Positions 1-12,200 of a stretch of DNA of 40,382 nt are shown here, piece by piece; position 1 is the first letter of the stretch; each line of letters opens with the position of its first letter. The stretch is from the NCBI GenBank assembly GCA_030141605.1, contig JAQGDQ010001453.1, positions 1 through 40,382 of the forward strand. The letters run 5' to 3'. This DNA comes from Tubiluchus corallicola (taxonomy: Eukaryota; Animalia; Priapulida). The translations under genes and the position numbers were made by a program. The notes beneath the pieces were generated by a model. That model worked only from the letters and a program-made list of their open reading frames with translations, was not told where the DNA came from and ran no database searches.

Positions 1-32
1 GTAATTAATATGTAATCTGTACTTTTTTATAG

Positions 33-218
33 GATGAACTTTCACCTGGTTCAGTAGCATTTCAGATTTACGCTGTAGATGATTTGGATCATGATGAAAA
101 TGCCGAAGTTGAGTACAGAATTTTGGAAAATGGTCACCACACGTATTTCAACCTTGTATCTGGTCCTGGGATTCGTGACGTCACAGTGGCTAAAGAACTT
201 AGCGAGATTTATTATTAC
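33..218 (+). CDS. cadherin exon (DELSPGSVAFQIYAVDDLDHDENAEVEYRI...EIYYY)
   Basis: ttttatag acceptor, gtacgt donor, phase 0-0, cadherin A-x-D-x-D and Y-x-I motifs. Confidence 0.85.
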
Positions 219-3200
219 GTACGTTTAATAGCTAAATTGGAATTTCCTGGTGTTAAGTATGCACGGTTGCACTAATCTTTTATCTTTCTTTTCCGCTTCA
301 AATTCAAACTTGTAAATAAATGTTTAACCCAATCTGCTAAAAAAGCAATAGTCCAAGTAATGGCTTGAGCATTCTAAACAAGGTGTTTTTTGTGTATTTA
401 GGTGCAAGTAATGGCCCCCGAGCCACGTATTCTAAACAAGTACTTAGGTACAGGTAATGGCTCGAGCCAAGTATTCTAAACAAGGTGTTTTTTGTGTACT
501 TAAGTACAGGTAGCCACGCATTTTAAACAAGGTGTTTTTGTGTACTTGGGTACAGGTAGCCACGTATTCTAAACAAGGTGTTTTTTGTGTACTTCGGTAC
601 AGGTAGCCACGTATTTTAAACAAGGTGTTTTTTGTGTACTTGGGTACAGGTAGCCACGCATTTTAAACAAGGTGTTTTTGTGTACTTGGGTACAGGTAGC
701 CACGCATTTTAAACAAGGTGTTTTTTGTGTACTTCGGTACAGGTAGCCACGTATTCTAAACAAGGTGTTTTTCATGTACTTAGGTACAGGTAGCCATGCA
801 TTCTAAACAAGGTGTTTTTCATGTACTTAGGTACAGGTAGCCACGTATTCTAAACAAGGTGTTTTTCTTGTACTTAGGTGCAAGTAATGGCTCAAGATTG
901 TCCATCCTGTGAACCAGATGGTCAACTTTCTATCGAACGCAACATCACGATTAGAGTTGTTTATGATGAACTAGAGATTCCAACATTCGACAGGAATGAT
1001 GTAAGTGGTTAGAGGTTTAAAGGAAAACCGGATGATTGATTAGACTCAATCTCATTTTAATTTACTGTCCAAAATATGCATTTTTTACCTATTAAAGTTA
1101 ACAATTTTTCTAATATCTGAATAACAAGCTTGAAAAGTTAATTAAAGACAACTGAATACAGCTGTCACTTACGTCACAAACTAACCACAGTCAGATTATC
1201 CTCATTCTCGCGCATTGAGTCAAATGACCTCACTTTGAAGGCAAGAAGTGCAAAGAGTGGACCAAGTGCGCCGAATCTGCCATCTTGATATAAATTTTCT
1301 TATTTGTGATATAAGAATACCACAGTTGTGTGTTTAAATGCAGTGCAATCAATCGGAGCAGTTACTTCGTGGCAATAAAGACCTCACATTAAACTAAGCA
1401 TTGTTGTTTGGGTATCATCTCAATATATCAAACGAGTTTGGATTCATGTATTTTGGACTTGTATTGTGGTCCACAAAAGCCTTGATGATTCAAGGATGAA
1501 TTTGTGACTATAGATTCACAAGTAGATAATAGAAAATAGTTTCCTATCGACCGATGGTAAAACTCGCATAAATTCGTACTTGAACCCTGGACCCATTGGC
1601 CGCTGTCAACATTACAATATTCACATCTTCTTCTTCCCAACTTTTCCCTATTCGGGGTCGCCGTTGTGAATGGGTCTTTTCCACGCATTCCTGTTGTTGA
1701 CCATCTCTTCATTTATGTCTTCCCTTCCCACATGATCTTCACCGACTCTTCTTTTCAGGTGTCCGTACCATCGCAATCTTGCGAGGCTTCCACTACTTTT
1801 ACTGTTCCTCTGATATTATTATTTCTAATTTTATCTCTTCTTGTTATTCCCAACATCCATCTCAACATCCTCATCTCCACCACACCCATTTTCTTCTCTT
1901 CAGTCTTCTTTAGAGAAGCTGCTTCCAGCCCATAGATTAGAGCGGGTCTGACCATTTCTTCGTGGACTTTACCTTTAAGTCTCACCGACTCATTCATAGA
2001 AGGTTTTGGCGCACTTTTTGCAGGCGGATGCTCTTCCTGACCCTAACCCTCCCTATTTATCCGGGCTTGGGACCGGCACTGAGTTGGGCTGGCTTGCCTA
2101 CGCCATCCCCCCCCCCCAGTGGCTAGCTTAACATTACAATATTCACATATTGACTATAATAACTGCAAACAGAACTTACATAAATCACAATTCTGTGTAA
2201 CAACTTGGCATTTCTACAATTATGCATAAATATATTCAATAGTTTATACGTAGTACTTCTACGAGGGATTCAAAGTTTATAAAATTCATCATTTGTGTTA
2301 CTTTGCAGGTGCCTCCAGATCTGGAGTTGGAGGAGCATACAGCAGTTCCATACGTCTTAGACAAGAGCGGAAATCTTCCTCCGGCTTCTTATATTGATGA
2401 TGAAGTTGACGATAGTATTTGCTATGATGTTGTAGGTGAGTAAAATGGTTTCGCATTCAATTACTGCAGTTAAGTAATGAACACTGTCAACTCTGGTCAT
2501 CCAGCTAGGTGGCACTACAATCGCACTTGTGGCATACTGCTAATGAAAACACCAGTTGAAATAGTTGTTGTAGTTTTGTGATCAGATATGTGTATTTTGA
2601 ATGTTATTTTAAACTTTTAACACTAGATGGAGACACTGGTATTTATTTTTTATTACAATAGGTGGAGACACAGGTAATCAATTCAGAGCCGATGCTGTAG
2701 GAGACGGGAAGGAAAGATGGAACTTGACAAATGTCGTTGAAACGGACAGAGAAATAATCGAGAATTACGAGTGTAAGATTTTTTTGTAGAAGTTACTCCA
2801 CTGAAAGTATATCCGTTTTATGAGTTTGAATTTCTGATATCGAAAAGCTTAAACTTAGTCCATATTTTTTGAAGAATAGGGTAATTAAAAACTAAAAACT
2901 AAACTCAGATTTTTTTGTATTTTTTAACTTGTTTTTACCAAATCAAATCGCATGTATTAAATTTTGCTTTAAAAGGGATAAGTGTATTATAAAATTTTGT
3001 TTTAAAAGGGGTAAATGTATTATAAAATTTTGTTTTAAAAGGGATAAGTATATTATAAAATTATGTTTTAAAAGGGGTAAGTATATTATAAAATTTTGTT
3101 TTAAAAGGGATAAGTATATTATAAAATTTTGTTTTAAAAGGGATAAGTATATTATAAAATTTTGTTTTAAAAGGGGTAAGTGTATTATAAAATTATGTTT

Positions 3201-6200
3201 TAAAAGGTTTAAATGTATTATAAAATTTTGTTTTTCATAGATCATCTGTTGACCGTTTAGTGATACAGCAGCACATAAAAATCTTTTCTTATCCGTTTCT
3301 TTCCTAAAGTTTCTGTTTTTCTCTTTCTTTCTCGGTCATTAAATCGCGCATCACTTTTTTGGAAGTGGTCTTATCTGTGGCTCTTGTTTTTCAGTGGTTG
3401 TTCGTGCCAGGAATTGTAGAGCTGCCATAGATACGAGGGAGGTTCCCTACGATCCTGCGGATCTTACCCTCATACAGATAAACGTGAAAGTTTTAGACAT
3501 CAATGATCAGTCACCGGTCTTTGATTTGCAACTTTATGAAGCCGGAATGACGAGCGATTATAAACTAGACATGCTAGTCACAGATCAGATAAAAGTAAGT
3601 ACATGGCTGAGTGGTTACGTGCGCATGACTTGCATGACTACCTGGTTAAGATACTCGCTTTGAGAGGTTTCATTTCCTGTAGCGTTTCTTGTTGTTTGTC
3701 TCATCGCATCGTAGTAGATTGTGTACGAACACTACTGAGACACCTCTTGTGGTTCACTGGCTCAGTTTGAAGCTTGCATTGATCTTGAAACAAACATAAC
3801 TGTTGCATGACAGCAACATAATTGAGTAAGCCATGCTGTTGAATAATGGATTACGGCTTACAATGTGTGTTACGCATGAGCTCGATTAGTGATGACATCA
3901 TTGGGTAGCGTTCTCCAATGGCAGAAATCTTTCATAAGCATATTTTCAGTTTTTCAACATGCACATGAAAGTGAAGTAGTATATTTGGCATCAAACCTAG
4001 GGAAACGTTTACCATGGCTTCATTCATAAGCCTTTTCACAGATTTTTTTGTGTGCAAGCACAGTTGCCGCAGCATATCTTGACTACAACTGTCTCATGAC
4101 ATGTGGTTAAAGCAAAACTGTCTGTTCCATCAGTTCAGCAAAACAGTTGTTTTATGCATTAGTCTGTGTATAGAGTGATTTACTAGCAGAATCTTGCTTG
4201 GGAACAAGACAGTTGAACTAGGTAAGGTTCTAGCTAGCTGTTAAAACTGTTAGTAATACGATAGCATGGACTGCGAGACGTTGTCAAGTGTTCACAAAAG
4301 TGTTGTCTAGTACACTTAACCTTTGGCCTTTTCAACATCATCATTAATTGTTGGAACTGTGAAACGGCTTATGGTCAGCCAATTTGAAAGAAAGTTTGTC
4401 CTGGTTTCTCAGAAAGTTTGCATGAATTTCAGGTTGTATTTGCTCATTTTTCAGGCAACAAGTTCAGACTTACCACCATTTAATGTCATTACATACAGCA
4501 TTGTAGAAGATTCATGGAATTATGATGAACTGAATTATAATTATGAAGCAGAAACAAGCTTGTAAGTTACGTTTTAATTGTCTCTTGTAAACGATAAAAA
4601 ATTTAAGTTGCAAATTTAACTAAAGCAGGGGCGGAACTAGGGGGGAGCGAGGGGGCGCGCACCCCCTTGTCAAAATTTGCGCCCCTCCCCCTGCAAAATC
4701 GAACAAATAATTTTTTTTGCAGTGAAAATTGCAGTTTGCATGTAGTCATTTTCAATATGAATTAGAATTAGGTAAAAGATGTTTGGTAGCTTCAGTGTAT
4801 TATTTTCTTAAAACTTGTGTGTGATAAATTTCTGTAAATAACAATTTAGTTAGAGGCACATTAATAACGTTAGGTTAACTGAGAGTTAATTTTCTCATTA
4901 TTGCTATGTCCGCTACGCCGTCCTACACACGTGCTAATTATAGGCCTGCATGCAGTATAAAAGGGGTTAACATTGGCTTAACCATTATTTAACCACTTCG
5001 GATACCTCGTCCCCCCCCCCCCAGAAAATTTTTGCACCCCCCTGCTTGCCACATCTAGTTCCGGCCCTGAACTAAAGGCTGTTTGGACACTTGAAATTTC
5101 TCTTCTTTTGGTGAATGAGTTTTTTTTGCATTGGAATGTTCATTGTATTAATAAGTAATCTTAATGCGACATTTTTAATATGTTAGTTACTATTAGCATG
5201 ATGATAAATTTTTTAATTAAATTCTTTAACTTGTGAAACAATGATGTAGTTTGCAAATTTAGCTGTGCCGAGTAATAGTTGCTGTATTTGTTATACCAAG
5301 TATAACCAGTCATTTCAACCCTTGTTTTTTACTTTGTTACTTTCTTATGTTTATGGTCAGATACAAGTTACTGCACATATCCTCAGTTTTGCATTAAAGC
5401 ATAAACATTTTTATGATAGTGCTGCCACCTGTAGGTAGTTTTTGCTTATGAATTTAGTTGAGTTTCTGATTAAATAAGGTCTGTAGTATAAATTTATTTT
5501 GTAATTTTATCTAATGTAATTCTTCACAGACAATTTAGCAACTGCATTCTTGTTTATAGTAAGAACTCAAACAATTCTTCCCTCTTGTTTCTAGTTTTTA
5601 CTTAGTTTAGTTTTTAGTTTAGTTTATGGTTAAGTAAGCAGATAATGAATGCATTTAAATTGCTTCAGTTCATGATTTATTATTACAGAGAACCATTTAG
5701 AATTGACCCGGTCACCGCGGAGTTGTATTTGAACCACGAACCCCGTCTGGATGGGGCAGGAATTATAAAGTTCAAAGTACAAGCGGTGGACGATCCCACA
5801 CCTCCAGGGCCCCACACTGCAACGAGTGATGTTTGGGTAACTTGCACCTACATGATTTATCATAGTTTATTCACATCTGTGCTTGTAATGATATCAATTC
5901 ATGCTGTTAGTTCAGAACCGGGAAAAATATTAAAGGAAAACAGGATGATTTTTTGATAGTAATAGTCATAATAATAGTAATTTTATTTTACTCCATAATT
6001 ATACAATGATTTGACAATAAAATACACAAAAATACAAACGAACATGGGAGAAAGGCTGGCGAAAAACCAAAGGTTATCGAGTCAACCACCCTTCTCAAAA
6101 AGACAGTAAACAAAAGGACGCTAATGACAGCAGACACAACTATATTAAAAAATACATAAACGTGCAGAAATACAAAAACAAAAATACAACAACAGCAAAA

Positions 6201-9200
6201 AAAACAAAAATCAAAAACCATGACAAATTGATGAGCAACTCATTGAAAATACCTCACAATTGTTTCTGAGTGAAATCATTAAGTCCATTTTGCTGACTGT
6301 GTTGCCTGTAATATAAGAAGCATGTTCATTATTGTACATTATAGAAAGTGAATTTGCACCTTATAAAAAAATGTTTTTCAGCAAAAGTTACCACAAGAAT
6401 GTACATCTAATAGACAAAAAATTGATTTATTTGTAAGTTTTAAGAAGTGCCTTAGCGTACTGTTTATTTAGCCAATGCAGAGGTAAAGAAGTTATATGAG
6501 CAGGTAGGGAGTTCCATAATATCCTGGTCTTTTTTGAAGTATGGTAAAGTATACATTTCAATGATTATAATAATGCGAAATTGTTTCGGATATTTAAGTA
6601 ATAGGTTAAAAACTTAATTAACGACCAGCGAACCTAGTAAGTGACGACATCACAAGTGAACAATTTTAAACAGCACGAACATTTGATGAGCGTGTTGCAC
6701 ATGTCTGTGAAAGCAAAAATTTAACTAGATTGTTACCGTACAATGCTCAGTGGAATATTGAAAAACCCGGCAGATTTTGAGCTTAAAAATTAAAGTTCAA
6801 GTTTGCCGCTATGCTTACATGTGCTGTTAGACGCGTGCACCACATCACAACTGAACACCTTAGAATTAAGAGGTACAGCACCTGTTTTTCATGCAACGTA
6901 TATTCGAGATGCAGGCATTAGTGCTCATCTACCATGAATGGCAAAATGCCTGTAGCAGTAAAGAACTAGGTAATTAATACAGTTTTCTGCCACCAGGGTG
7001 TCAATGCTGTTGATACATTGAAAAAATAGAGGCTTGCAAACTTTTGTGGGTACAGGCAAATTTTTTAGCTGCCTGTCCACATTTATGGTAGAAAAAAATT
7101 GCTAAATTTGCTTAATGTTATTTAAAATTTATAAAAGTATAAATTTGTTAGACTAATATTATTATGTATTGCATGTGTTATTATGACACTATGTATAATT
7201 TCAAGTTTACACTATGTATGTTCTGTACTAGTTTAAGGTTTATGCTACTTATGTATGACTTGTTCTAGGTTTATCTTGTATCAGAAGTCAATCAACTAAG
7301 ATTCGTATCGGCATTAACTAAGGACGAGTTCAGAACCATACAGCAGGATTTCATAGAGTGAGTCAAATTTAAAGCATTTATTGTGTTACATTCAACTTTC
7401 TCAACATTTGCCACTAACAAAACTGTGAATCAAAAGCGTCCGTAAGTTGGCATAGCTGAAATTATCTTGTGATAGTTCAAAATAGAATGCAAACTTGTTC
7501 AAAAATTGGGTGAACATAATTTTTTTTCCAAGAACAAGTACTAACATTATTGGATATTTATATTCTAATTGTCAGTCTAATCACAATTATAATTATTGTA
7601 TTGCGAATAATATCAGAATGGTGATCTAAATCTTATATATCTTTCGTTTTCAGCAAACCAAATATACTTTGCTATGTAACTATTAACTTTAAAGATTTTC
7701 TTTTTATAGAAATTCTACATGGTATTAACTATCGCACGATAAAAGAATCTAAAGTGAATTAAAAAATGTACATGTACATGGCACATTAACACACGAGCAT
7801 GTTATAATATATAATGTATATTATATATAATGTTATTATCATGTTATATGTTATATAATATATATTATTTTATATATACATTAGACTTGTAATTATAATT
7901 ATAATTGTGGAAAACTTGCATTTTCAAACTCTGATACCAGCTCATGGAAGTAGTCATTTTGCTTGCAGTTATTTCTCCTGACAAGCCCAGATCTTCATCA
8001 GGAAGAGCCATCTACTGGTTTTAAACATAACTTCAATGTGCTCTTGCAATGTCCACAGCAACCACACTTTCGTATGTTGCTAAGTGTTTTGTAGAAACAC
8101 GACAAAAAACAATGGCTAACTTTAACAGTGATTTTCTCAGGTTATGTTTTTCAATGCATAGCCTGAACTTCAACGTGGATTATCTCAGCTTAGAAATAAC
8201 GTAGAATGCTGAACTTGGTATAAAAATGATTCTCATGAAATGGAGATTTAGCATATAGAATAACTAGAAAAGCTTAATTGCTGACTTATGGATGATTTTG
8301 TTGTGCAAGCACACACAGAATAATTCGCTGCAATTGTGATGCCATTTTTCTAATTGTTATCAAAATAAGCCTTTTCACAGTTCCTGTAATTGAATGTGAT
8401 CCTGAAAAGGTCAAAGGTTAAGTGTGCCAGGCATTTGTGTACACTTGACAACGCCTCGAAGCCTATGCTATTGTAATAATAGCAGTTTTAACAACTAGCT
8501 AGAACCTTACTTAGTTCATTTAGATAGATCCTGCAAGTAAATCACTCTATACAACAGACTAATGCATAATTAAGTAAAGTTCTCGTAAAACAACTAAGGT
8601 TACTGAACTGATGCTGCAGAAGGCTTTATTTTATACACATATCACATGACGGGTGTAATTAAGATGCGTTCCTGTCTTTTAAACTTTGACTTACAGCAAA
8701 AGCTTGTTACTTAAAATTAGTCCACATTGTAATTAAAGACTAAATATCATTTTGATGAGTTATTTATCTTTGCTTCAATTTTAATCATATTCTTATTAGA
8801 TTCACCTGTCGAAGTTCTAATTAGTTAATTAATTAATGGAAATTGAATTTTCGTCTGTTTTTGTAGTGAGCTGAGTCGACTAATTAATGCTGAAACGATC
8901 GTTGATTCTGTGACAAATTACGTTGATGAGAATGACGAAGTATCAGCTACTTTGTAAGTAACAATTTCTAGCTCCTTGTAACTTGTGCAGGTAACAGCGT
9001 GAATAGCTACAGTTCACAAATTTTGCTTTTCTGTTAAAATGTCTGATTTGTAAGACTTGCACAAAAGTTTATCAAGAACTTTAATTTAATATTTTCTGGA
9101 CTTGTACAAACGTTCACGTTTTATGGCACTTGATTAGTTCTCAAAATCACCACCAGGGCAGAATCATTTCTGATTTTTGTTTAGCAATAATTGGACTTTG

Positions 9201-12200
9201 TTTGTATAAAACTAGAAAGTTTAACATTCATGGAGTTGATAAGAATTTGGTCGAACTTCACCAATGAGCAAGAAGAAAGGACGTTGTGGTCATGCGTGGT
9301 CAATTGGTTATGTGTGCTGTAGCCTAGCAAGTGTGCGCGTGTGCTTGTGTGCGCATGCGCGAGCATTGTTACGCTACCTGTCGGTACAGTTTCCAGGATT
9401 GAAACAGGACTCCGGAAAACCTGGAGTCAAACTGACAAAGTAGAGCTGCTAGATGGTAGCATTAGAGCTTTGAATGGAATTTTTATGTTAATTGAATTTT
9501 TTGTAACATTTTCTATTCTTTGCAGGATATCAATCTACACACATTTTGTAAAAGACGGAGAAATTGCAGAAGCCGATGTGATTTATGAGTGAGTTTAAAC
9601 TAAACATGATCTTTGTATATTCTGCATGTGAATAGTTCAAGTACGTTTTTCAGAAATACAATCAGCACCGTTTATTAGATTCACGATTAATGTTACTGTT
9701 TTATATCATACCGATGAAAATAAATCTTATCTTATCTTATCTTATCTTATCTTATCTTATCTCATCTCATCTCATCTCATCTCATCTCATCTCATCTCAT
9801 CCTATCCTATCCTATCCTATCTACTACTATCTATCTATCTATCTACACACACACACACACACACACTATCCTATCCTATCCTATCCTATCCTATCCTATC
9901 CTATCCTATCCTATCCTATCCTATCCTATCCTATCCTATCCTATCCTATCCTATCCTATCCTACCCTACCCTACCCTACCCTACCCTACCCTACCCTACC
10001 CTACCCTACCCTACCCTACCCTACCCTACCCTACCTTATCTTATCTTAATAGACTTGATCGCTTAATTACTTATAAAAATCAGGTACGGGCCGCTCTTAT
10101 TCAAATGTACATACAAACTGTCAGTAATTGACTCAAATAATTCTGCCTGAGGTATTTAAAATAAAGCACTTGTGTTTTACGAAAGAACTTTTAACACTTT
10201 TATGTTTTCTTTACTTCACCTTTGTAGAAACAATGAAGTTAAGTTACTGTTTTGTTTGTAGGTATGTCTGTTTGTGATGCCCTAATAATACTAGCATCGC
10301 ATTTTTGCTTTGAATCTGTCACCAGCTCATCCGCTCTGATTAACCTCATTACTCAAGCATTTATGGAAACTAATTTTAAGTGTAAAGACCTAGTATTTAA
10401 AGCTCTTGCAACCGTTGCAGTACTTACTAAGCTGAAGAGTAATGACTCGTATTACTAACAAATGTTGCATCCATTGGTTAATGATTTAGTAAGTTAGTTA
10501 GTTCACAACACTCTCATCCCAAAGTGACTCTATTAAGCGGTGTCTATCGTATTGTAAAAAGTGAAACAATTTGGCTAGTGTTTAATCTTAACTTTAAAAA
10601 GCGTTTATCACATATGCTTGCTGTTGCGGTAATATAGCTTAAATCGTCCATTTAAACAAAAACAGTTTGCAAAGGCCGTAGAAAAAATCTCCTTCAATGA
10701 ATATTGTTAAATTGTACTTAAGCAGCATTGTTGTTTGTTTTTAGCAGCATTGTTGTTTGTATTTAAGCAGCATTGTTGTTTGTTTTTAGCAGCATTGTTG
10801 TTTGTTTTTAGCATTTTGAAACAGAATGACGAACAATTGAATCCATTCTATGAGGAATTCAGGATTACCGGTGTACAGGTCGGTATTTGCCTTTATAGCT
10901 TTTATAGGTATTGCTATTATAGCCTTAAAGGATTATTCCAATGCAAGTTTGTTTACATGTTGTTTATTGTCCATACTAGGATCTTGACCGGAAAGTGCAT
11001 TAACCCTTTGCTATTATAGCCTTAAAGTATTATTCCAATGCAAGTTTGTTTACATGTTGTTTATTGTCCATACTAGGATCTTGACCGGAAAGTACATTAA
11101 CCCTTTGCTATTATAACCTTAAAGTATTATTCCAATGCAAGTTTATTTACATGTTGTTTATTGTCCATACTAGGATCTTGACCGGAAAGTACATTAACCC
11201 TTTGCTATTATAGCCTTAAAGTATTATTCCACTGCAAGTTTGTTTACATGTTGTTTATTGTCCATACTGGGATCTTGACCGGAAAGTACATTAACCCTTT
11301 GCTATTATAACCTTAAAGTATTATTCCAATGCAAGTTTATTTACATGTTGTTTATTGTCCATACCAGGATCTTGACCGGAAAGTACACATCACATCTCCC
11401 ACACGAGTGTTTGTTCTTGCTTTGATCATAACCTGTGTACTTTTGCCCCTTATCATCGTCGTGCTTATATGCGTCTGGTGTGCAGAAGTAAAGAAGTAAG
11501 TCTCCAGTTAGCATTGCTATGCACTGCATGTGTTTAACACCCCGCGCAATGCACACTGCACGATCACCGCATTGCATGCACCATTTTTCTATTGTTAATT
11601 ATCACTGCCTGCACTGTGTTCTACTGAATCGACTAACTTTTGTTGTAGTTTTGACTTCGTGTCTCAAATTGATTTAATATGTATTTGATAAAAATACTTA
11701 ACTCAAGAAGAATGACTCTAAGATCTAAAATTTTTGAAATTGCTACATCATAAAATTATGAAACGCGTCGAACCGGAATCTTTGAGTGCAAAAAAACCTT
11801 TGAAACTAAACGAAACTTGAGCTGGTTCATATCTAAATACTGTTCAGACTTCACTTTGTCTCATTTATGAAAAATTCAACTTCATGTAGATGAAAACGAA
11901 ATTTTTTTGCCTTTGTCAAAGTGTATTTTTCTTTCTAATTAATCGAAGAGCTATTTAATTCAATATCTTTGGTCTTCCTTGATTGAGTCATAGAGCAGAA
12001 AATTCGGTGGTCAAGTATTTTTATCAATTTATTTATCAGCTAACTTCTTTTTAACTAACACTATAATTTATGCATGCATTCATTATTTTTGTTACCACTA
12101 GAGGGTGTACGTCGAGGAAGTGATACTTGTTGACCAATCGCACTCCTATCTGATTGCACTGATTATTTGCGTAGTCGTGCTGTGTCTTATTATAGTAATT

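Noticed and set aside
2627-2638. 12-nt microexon atggagacactg
   Set aside because: The downstream intron would be only 23 nt; better explained as a duplicated acceptor.
569-3245. Repetitive ORFs 569-775, 2929-3240 and 2943-3245
   Set aside because: They are translations of tandem repeats; the same applies to ORFs at 9690, 15971, 18950/19032, 21827/21949 and 25009-25290.
5975-6250. Possible LINE 3'-UTR remnant or hammerhead ribozyme
   Set aside because: A stem (gagaaagg/cccttctc) is present but there is no CUGANGA/GAAA core, TSD or coding remnant.
9350-9361. NRF1-like tgcgcatgcgcg motif in an intron
   Set aside because: A single short motif with no supporting promoter context.
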